From Eledone cirrhosa (Eukaryota), in contig OZ024741.1 in NCBI GenBank assembly GCA_964016885.1, positions 105,834,001 to 105,898,000 on the forward strand: a stretch of DNA of 64,000 nt, given 5' to 3'. Under the pieces are notes generated by a model that was not told where the DNA came from, did not search any database, and saw only the letters and a list, made by a program, of their open reading frames with translations. How positions within the stretch are numbered: position 1 is the first letter of the stretch; every line of letters starts with the position of its first letter. The position numbers and the translations under genes were made by a program. Below, in pieces: positions 60,201 through 64,000 of the stretch.

Positions 60201-62057
60201 ATGATAGGACTGGGGTCCCTATCATTCCACTGCAAAGTGGTCGTGGAGGTGCCACGGCAAAAAAGCACCCAACACTCACTGTAAATGAGGTTGGTGTTAG
60301 GAAGGGCATCCAGCTGTAGAAATCAAGCCTGAATCAGTTCCCGTCCCACCCTTGCAAGCAGGGAAAAGCGGACGTAAAATGATGATGATGATGATATATA
60401 GGTGTGTCATGACTTCGTCCTTGGGGAGGGGAGAAAGTGATGTAAAAAACACTTTGTTAGCCAGTCAAATTGCAATAAATTGAAATATTAACTTACTGAG
60501 TTAAATTTGCCAGAGGTATGAAGATGTCAGGACTTTCTAGTTGGTTGTTGTTCAGTTTTAATACTTCTAGACGTGGAAATCGAAGATAATGGACATTCAA
60601 ACTGAAAGAAGTAATTAATATTTACATATTTATTGATTTATCTCATATCAATGTCATACATCATCATCATGACATCCTCTCTAGTGTTGTTGCAACAATA
60701 CACCCACTGCACTCTGTAAAGTTGTAGTGCTGATACCACAATAAAATACACCCAGTAAACACTCTAAAGTGATAGAGTTGGTGTGACAATAAAATATGCC
60801 TAGTACACTCTGTAAGGTTGTCATGTTGGTGCCACAATATAATACATCCAGTACACTCTGTAAAGTGGTGGTGTTGGTGCCATGATAAAACACATCTAGT
60901 GTACCCTGTAAAGTGGCAGTGCTGGTGCCATGATAAAATACACCCAGTACACTATGTAGAGTAGTGCTTCTTGTGCCATGATAAAATGCACCCAGTAAGC
61001 TCTATAAAGTGGTAGTACTTCAGCCATGATAAAATAAACCCAGTACACTCTATAAAGTGGTAGTGCTGGTGTTATAATAAAATACACCCAATACATGCTG
61101 TAGAGTGATAGTGCTAATACCTAAATATAATACACCCAGGTCACTCAATAAAGTGGTAGTGTTGGTGCCATGATAAAATACACCCAGGACTCTCTATAAA
61201 ATGGAGTTGATTGAGCTACAATATAATACACCCAGTACACTCTGTAAAGTGGTAGTATTGTTGCCATGATAAAATACACCTGGCAAATTGTAGAGTTGTT
61301 GTTCTTGTGCCATGATAAAATACACCTCTGTAAGGTAATTGATCATTGAATGAAAAACGTTTAGGGTAAAGAGGACCCTTTAGTCATGACAAAATACACC
61401 TAGTACACTCTGTAAAAAAGTTGGTGTTAGGAAGGGCATCCAGCTGTAGAAAACAACATGGCTAGGAGGGTAATAATTCAGAATAAGAAGTAGATTGGCC
61501 TATGATGACTTGTCAAACCCATCCCAACATAGGAAGTAGACATAAAATGAAGATGATGATGATGTCTGCTTTTGACCATAATGGCGGTGAGCTGAACATG
61601 TGTCTCTCTCAGAATCTCACAATTTCTAAGCACCCTTTGTCATCTGAAATTTCACCAACACCACCTCCAACACCATTAACATCACCACCACCAACAACGC
61701 CATTAACACCACTGCCACCACCACCATGAACACCAGCACCACTACAAACACCAACACCATCACCACCAACAACAGCAGCACCAACACCAACACCACCACC
61801 AACAACACTAACATCACCACCACAATTAAAACTACCACGACCGTCATCATCTCTATAAGAAAGAAGTCTGAAGTCTGAAATAATGAGACTAAAAGACTGC
61901 AGAATACTGACCTTTCTTTCAACATGAAACATTTTGTTGATTCTATTGGCAGGAAGGATATGTTATTATTTCCTAGATTGAGATATTGCAGATTTGGTAG
62001 TAACCCTAAACACCGGAAACAGTCACCTGTCAAGTAGTTGTAAGAGAGATCAAGATA
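23021..62057 (-). CDS. XRRA1: XRRA1-like leucine-rich repeat protein (X-ray radiation resistance-associated protein 1), 12 coding exons, 5' end outside window
   Basis: Twelve GT-AG exons with compatible phases total 2739 nt. The motifs [77 protein letters not shown] and [11 protein letters not shown] occur in the same order as in XRRA1 as recalled. Confidence 0.85.
23810..24132. mobile_element. Foldback/MITE inverted repeat
   Basis: 23811-23880 pairs with 24068-24132, and 23930-23967 pairs with 23987-24024. Confidence 0.7.
24187..24351 (-). CDS. XRRA1: XRRA1-like exon ([22 protein letters not shown]...[11 protein letters not shown])
   Basis: Acceptor TTTACCTAG, phase 0, weak donor AAG|GTCCAA. 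Resembles the XRRA1 C-terminal helix. This frame is not the one listed in the ORF track. Confidence 0.75.
24596..28014 (-). mobile_element. Helitron (internally deleted) with Rep/PIF1 helicase pseudogene
   Basis: 5' TC at 28014, 3' CTAG at 24596, inserted at A|T. ORFs 25900-27315 ([27 protein letters not shown]), 25276-25851 (GDF.QTLPV) and 24724-25071 ([33 protein letters not shown]). Confidence 0.93.
28035..28340 (-). mobile_element. RTE 3' end fragment
   Basis: [22 protein letters not shown] plus the shared 3' tail. Confidence 0.75.
28400..28810 (-). mobile_element. CR1-type LINE 3' fragment
   Basis: [35 protein letters not shown]. Homologous to 58920-59640. Confidence 0.78.
28976..29041 (-). 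ncRNA. Type I hammerhead ribozyme motif (family H1)
   Basis: TATTTTAT-CTGATGA-AAGCGCACCA..TGGTGGCCCTT-GAAA-TATGTA-TA-ATAAAATA on the minus strand. Confidence 0.65.
29212..33467 (-). mobile_element. Near full-length RTE-clade LINE (family B), disrupted, with long 5' UTR
   Basis: APE in ORFs 32341-32592 and 31857-32387 ([10 protein letters not shown]). RT in 30288-31136 (YADD) and 29522-30256. (CAT)n tail at 29212. Flanked by (TA)n on both sides. Confidence 0.92.
33559..33752. ncRNA. Inverted pair of hammerhead-like motifs (family H2)
   Basis: Minus copy 33566-33614: GATTC-CTGATGA-TTTCTAAAGAAT-GAAA-CAG..CTG-TA-GAATC. The plus copy 33697-33745 has GAAA>AAAA. Confidence 0.6.
33858..34175 (+). 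mobile_element. RTE family B 3' UTR fragment
   Basis: Reverse complement of 29212-29490. Confidence 0.8.
34214..34405. repeat. Small hairpin element: ~117-bp palindrome (34289-34405) plus conserved tail
   Basis: ATAGGAAAAAGTTTAACCCC...GGGGTTAAACTTTTTCCTAT. A related copy lies at 57872-58051. Confidence 0.75.
34430..35607 (-). mobile_element. 5'-truncated RTE family A copy
   Basis: Near-identical to 1-1170. Confidence 0.92.
35745..35980 (+). mobile_element. 3' fragment of a further RTE-type LINE
   Basis: [26 protein letters not shown]...MRDRDRWRE. Confidence 0.65.
36359..36436 (+). ncRNA. Type I hammerhead ribozyme motif (family H3, long stem II)
   Basis: GTTTC-CTGATGA-TTTGGGA...TCCCAAT-GAAA-CTGCAG-TA-GGGAC with palindromic stem III. 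Confidence 0.6.
36552..37000. repeat. Minisatellite of ~12-14-bp units (ATATATACTGRTGT)
   Basis: Direct reading of the sequence. Confidence 0.8.
37325..37431 (-). CDS. XRRA1: XRRA1-like exon ([36 protein letters not shown])
   Basis: TGTAG acceptor, GTAAGT donor, phase 1 to 0. Confidence 0.8.
37990..38170 (-). CDS. XRRA1: XRRA1-like exon (IKDDEDK...[22 protein letters not shown])
   Basis: TTTCAG acceptor, GTAAGA donor, phase 0 to 1. Confidence 0.82.
38335..38520 (-). mobile_element. SINE S2 copy
   Basis: Matches 22233-22400. Confidence 0.82.
38940..39401. mobile_element. Rearranged (partly inverted) 3' fragment of a CRE-like non-LTR element with restriction-like endonuclease
   Basis: Plus strand 39148-39401: [23 protein letters not shown]...[10 protein letters not shown]...FLSSL. 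Minus strand from ~39150: [14 protein letters not shown]...[14 protein letters not shown]. Confidence 0.7.
39645..39835 (-). mobile_element. SINE S2 copy
   Basis: Matches 22033-22225. Confidence 0.82.
39978..40229 (-). CDS. XRRA1: XRRA1-like exon ([12 protein letters not shown]...PSFFVTQ)
   Basis: TTCACAG acceptor, GTATAT donor, phase 0 to 0. Confidence 0.82.
40468..40528 (-). CDS. XRRA1: XRRA1-like micro-exon ([20 protein letters not shown])
   Basis: ACATCAG acceptor, GTAAGT donor, 61 nt. It restores phase 2 to 0. Confidence 0.75.
41944..42275 (+). mobile_element. SINE S1 copy
   Basis: Matches 8343-8674. Confidence 0.87.
42417..42571 (-). CDS. XRRA1: XRRA1-like exon ([25 protein letters not shown]...KLSVNIF)
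   Basis: TTTTCAG acceptor, GTAAGT donor, phase 0 to 2. Confidence 0.83.
43189..43682. mobile_element. Non-autonomous hAT (Charlie-like) element
   Basis: TIRs CAGAGATGAGGAACCT / AGGTTCCCCACCTTTG. Imperfect 8-bp TSD GTTTAACC / ATTTAACT. Confidence 0.78.
44997..45187 (+). mobile_element. SINE S2 copy
   Basis: tRNA-like head with GAGTTCAAATCCC followed by the Nin-like core. Confidence 0.82.
45351..45748 (-). CDS. XRRA1: XRRA1-like exon (acidic region + [19 protein letters not shown])
   Basis: TTTCACCAG acceptor, GTATGT donor, phase 1 to 0. Confidence 0.83.
45945..46447 (+). mobile_element. RTE family B 3' fragment
   Basis: [24 protein letters not shown]-like remnant plus the 3' UTR tail. Confidence 0.72.
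46738..46802 (-). ncRNA. Type I hammerhead ribozyme motif (family H1), left arm of inverted pair
   Basis: TATTTTAT-CTGATGA-AAGCGCACCAAG-ATTGG-CTTGGTTGCCCTT-GAAA-TATATA-TA-ATAAAATA. Confidence 0.72.
46881..46945 (+). ncRNA. Type I hammerhead ribozyme motif (family H1), right arm of inverted pair
   Basis: Intact CTGATGA (46889-46895) and GAAA (46926-46929). 8-bp stem I, palindromic stem III TATATA, cleavage triplet ATA. Confidence 0.75.
47270..47810 (+). mobile_element. Third copy of the 10864-11432 repeat family (hammerhead-like H4 at ~47647-47697), preceded by a ~140-bp internal duplication
   Basis: High identity to 11180-11432. Confidence 0.65.
47870..51500 (-). mobile_element. Degraded Tx1/L1-clade LINE (ORF1 remnant, APE, RT)
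   Basis: [13 protein letters not shown]; [29 protein letters not shown] and [21 protein letters not shown] remnants (LVGDWN, TDHKFV, GYWKLN) at 49500-50230. Confidence 0.8.
51797..52747 (-). CDS. XRRA1: XRRA1-like large exon (951 nt) encoding 7-aa tandem repeats (EGLPGSK-like) and an acidic Ser-rich region
   Basis: TTGTAG acceptor, GTAAGT donor, phase 1 to 1, no stops. Confidence 0.75.
53308..55810. repeat. ~165-bp inverted repeat pair (53308-53472 / 55640-55810), probable DNA-transposon termini
   Basis: TTATTTACAATAACTTATAACTTTAC...TTTAAAGTAAA is the reverse complement of TTTACTTTAAA...GTTATTGTAAATAA. Confidence 0.65.
54290..55380 (+). mobile_element. Degraded RTE 3' half
   Basis: [30 protein letters not shown] and MLHGSETW. 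Confidence 0.85.
56384..56517 (-). CDS. XRRA1: XRRA1-like exon ([18 protein letters not shown]...)
   Basis: TTTTGTAG acceptor, GTAAAT donor, LRR motif, phase 2 to 1. Confidence 0.83.
56553..56900 (-). mobile_element. RTE/SINE 3' UTR-type fragment
   Basis: GGATGCCCTTCCTA motif and (CAT)n tail. Confidence 0.65.
56966..57867 (-). mobile_element. Non-autonomous Helitron
   Basis: 5' TC at 57867. 3' hairpin CCCGAGCAACGCCGGG followed by CTAG at 56966. A|T target in (TA)n. Confidence 0.72.
57872..58051. repeat. Second copy of the hairpin element (palindrome 57872-58005 plus ACCCACTCTACTACCC tail)
   Basis: The tail matches the reverse complement of 34264-34290. The arms are related but diverged. 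Confidence 0.72.
58075..58832 (+). mobile_element. Degraded RTE 3' fragment
   Basis: [12 protein letters not shown] and MLHGSETW remnants plus the tail. Confidence 0.82.
58920..59640 (+). mobile_element. CR1-type LINE 3' fragment
   Basis: [33 protein letters not shown] and NTRGH..K. Confidence 0.8.
59836..59906 (+). ncRNA. Degenerate hammerhead motif (family H3)
   Basis: GTCTC-CTGAGGA-GCTGAG...CTCAGC-AAAA-CTGCTG-TT-GGGAC. The flanks match the 36359 copy. Confidence 0.42.
60056..60394 (+). mobile_element. SINE S1 copy
   Basis: Matches 8343-8674. Confidence 0.88.
60497..60601 (-). CDS. XRRA1: XRRA1-like exon ([34 protein letters not shown])
   Basis: TTCTTTCAG acceptor, GTAAGT donor, LRR, phase 2 to 2. 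Not in the ORF track. Confidence 0.85.
60672..61565 (+). repeat. Minisatellite of ~46-bp units derived from the RTE/SINE 3' UTR repeat, ending in the element tail
   Basis: ATAAAATACACCCAGTACACTCTGTAAAGTGGTAGTGCTGGTGCCATG repeated about 15 times, then GTTAGGAAGGGCATCCAGCTGTAGAAA and (ATG)n. Confidence 0.8.
61912..62057 (-). CDS. XRRA1: XRRA1-like exon ([37 protein letters not shown]...)
   Basis: TTTTTGCAG acceptor, GTCAGT donor, two LRRs, phase 0 to 2. Confidence 0.86.
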
Positions 62058-62179
62058 CTGCAAAAAAAAAAGAAAAAGAAATAAATAAAAATAAAATAAA
62101 ATAATGAAAAGAAGAAAGAAAAAAATATCACTATAAAAATACTCATTAAACTGTAATTGTAAATATATATTATAAATAG

Positions 62180-62215
<36 letters not shown>

Positions 62216-62216
62216 T

Positions 62217-64000
62217 TGTGGCTGTTAAGGCCAAGAGACAGGCATGGAAAGAATGGAAGAACGGGGGAAGCAGGGTACATTACATAGAGACCAGGAGGGA
62301 AGCTAGGCGACAAGTATACTTAGCTAGGAGGGAAGCAGAGGATAGAAAATTCAAGCATGTTTTGCAACGTGAGGACCAGAAACAGGAGGTGTTCAAGATT
62401 GTCAGGCAGTGTGTCAGAGAGAATTGTGATGTCATTGGAGAGAAGTGTATCTGGAATGATAAAGGTGAGCTTGCCCTCACAAGTGCTGAGAAGAAAGATG
62501 CATGGAAGAGCCATTATGATAGATTACTAAATGAGGAGAATGCATGGGAAGAAGAGACCCTACCCCAAGTAGACCCTATAGAGGGGCCAACAGTACAAGT
62601 CAGCAGCAGCGTAGTAAGTAAGGTAATCAAAGATATGAAAATGGGGAAGGCAACCGGTCCATCGGGTATAGCTGCCGAGATGCTGAAGGCATCTGGGCCG
62701 GTAGGTCACACCATAACCATACGTATTGTTAACCCGGTAATACTAGAAGGTGTCATACCAAAGGATTGGTGCAGCAGCATCATTGTCAACTGCTACAAAG
62801 GTAAAGGTGATGCACTAGATAGAGGAAACTATAGAGGTATAAAGCTGATGGACCAGGTCATGAAAGTAACAGAAAGAGTTATAGCACAGTTGATTAGGGA
62901 CCAGGTGAAACTAGATGAGATGCAATTTGGGTTTGTGCCAGGAAGAGGCACCACTGATGCCCTCTTCCTTGTGAGGCAGTTACAGGAAAAGTACCTAGCT
63001 AAAAGTAAGCCGCTCTACCTGGCATTCGTCAATCTCCAGAAAGCCTTTGACAGAGTTCCCCGTGCTATAATCTGGTGGGCTCTTAGAAAACTAGGAGTAG
63101 ATGAATGGCTTGTGAAAGCTGTACAAGCCATGTATAGGGGAGCAGTCAGCAAAGTTAGGATTAGCAATGACTATAGCAAGGAATTTAGCATACAGGTCGG
63201 TGTTCTTAGCCCTCTCCTGTTCATCATAGTTCTGCAGGCAATAACAGAGGAGTTTAAGACCGGATGCCCATGGGAACTCCTGTATGCAGATGACATCGCA
63301 TTTATAGCTGAATCTATGGTAGAACTACAGAAGAAATTCCAAACTTGGAAGCAGGGACTAAAATGAAAGGGTCTCAAAGTCAACCTGACAAAGACTAAGG
63401 TCCTTGTAAGTAGACGAGAAAACAGAACCCAGATCCCCTCAGGGAAATGGCCTTGCTCAGTATGTAGGAAAAGTGTAGGTAGGAACTCCATTCTCTGCAG
63501 CAAATGGAAACAATGGGTACATAAGAGATGTAGTGGGATCTCAGGAAGCTTAACTAAGAATGTAGGCTTCACATGTAGCAGCTGTGCTGGGACAGCAAGC
63601 AGCAAACAGCCACAGGAAACAAGTACCACCAAACTCTGGGAGGGCTCTGTAGAAACAGTAGACAGCTTCTGCTACCTAGGTGACCGAATTAGCAGCGGAG
63701 GTGGGTGTTCGGAAAGTACAATAACTAGGGTAAGAATGGGATGGAAGAAGTTCAGGGAGCTACTGCCACTGCTAGCTGCAAAAGGCTTTTCCCTCAAAAT
63801 GAAAGGCAGACTGTATGATGCGTGTATACGAACAGCAATGTTACATGGTAGTGAGACCTGGGCGCTGTCTGTGGAAGACTTACGTAGATTAGAAAGAAAC
63901 GAAGCCTGCATGCTCCAATGGATGTGTAATAGTAATATACGCGAACGGCAAACCATAAATGAATTGAGAGAGAGACTGAGCATAAGAGGAATCAAATACT
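62217..64000 (+). mobile_element. 5'-truncated RTE family B LINE, running off the window end
   Basis: ORF 62218-63366 with RT motifs ([24 protein letters not shown]). Near-identical to 29770-31500 in reverse orientation. Confidence 0.93.

Noticed and set aside
60672-61420. CRISPR-like regular repeats
   Set aside because: There are no unique spacers and no cas genes, the context is eukaryotic, and the units derive from the retroelement tail.

Overview
Repeat-rich animal genomic DNA. The SINE/RTE repertoire and the (TA)n/(CAT)n microsatellites suggest a coleoid cephalopod such as Octopus (inference). Two host genes lie on the minus strand. One is an XRRA1-like leucine-rich-repeat gene, of which 12 phase-compatible GT-AG coding exons can be chained by eye (62057 down to a stop at 23021, with AATAAA at 22982-22987); its 5' end lies beyond the window. 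The other is a Myb/SANT-like DNA-binding protein gene (ATG at 21751). The rest is mostly transposon-derived: two families of RTE-clade LINEs with a PHD-like Zn finger, BovB-like RTE, CR1-type, Tx1/L1-type and CRE-like remnants, three Helitrons, hAT, mariner and foldback MITEs, two tRNA-derived SINE families, and a 3.8-kb telomere-like hexamer array. The most notable hidden signal is a set of type I hammerhead-ribozyme motifs from at least four small repeat families (Penelope-like/retrozyme-like). They occur as inverted pairs or a 370-nt tandem unit. There is also a hairpin element family whose arms co-vary between copies. Coordinates of degraded repeats are approximate.
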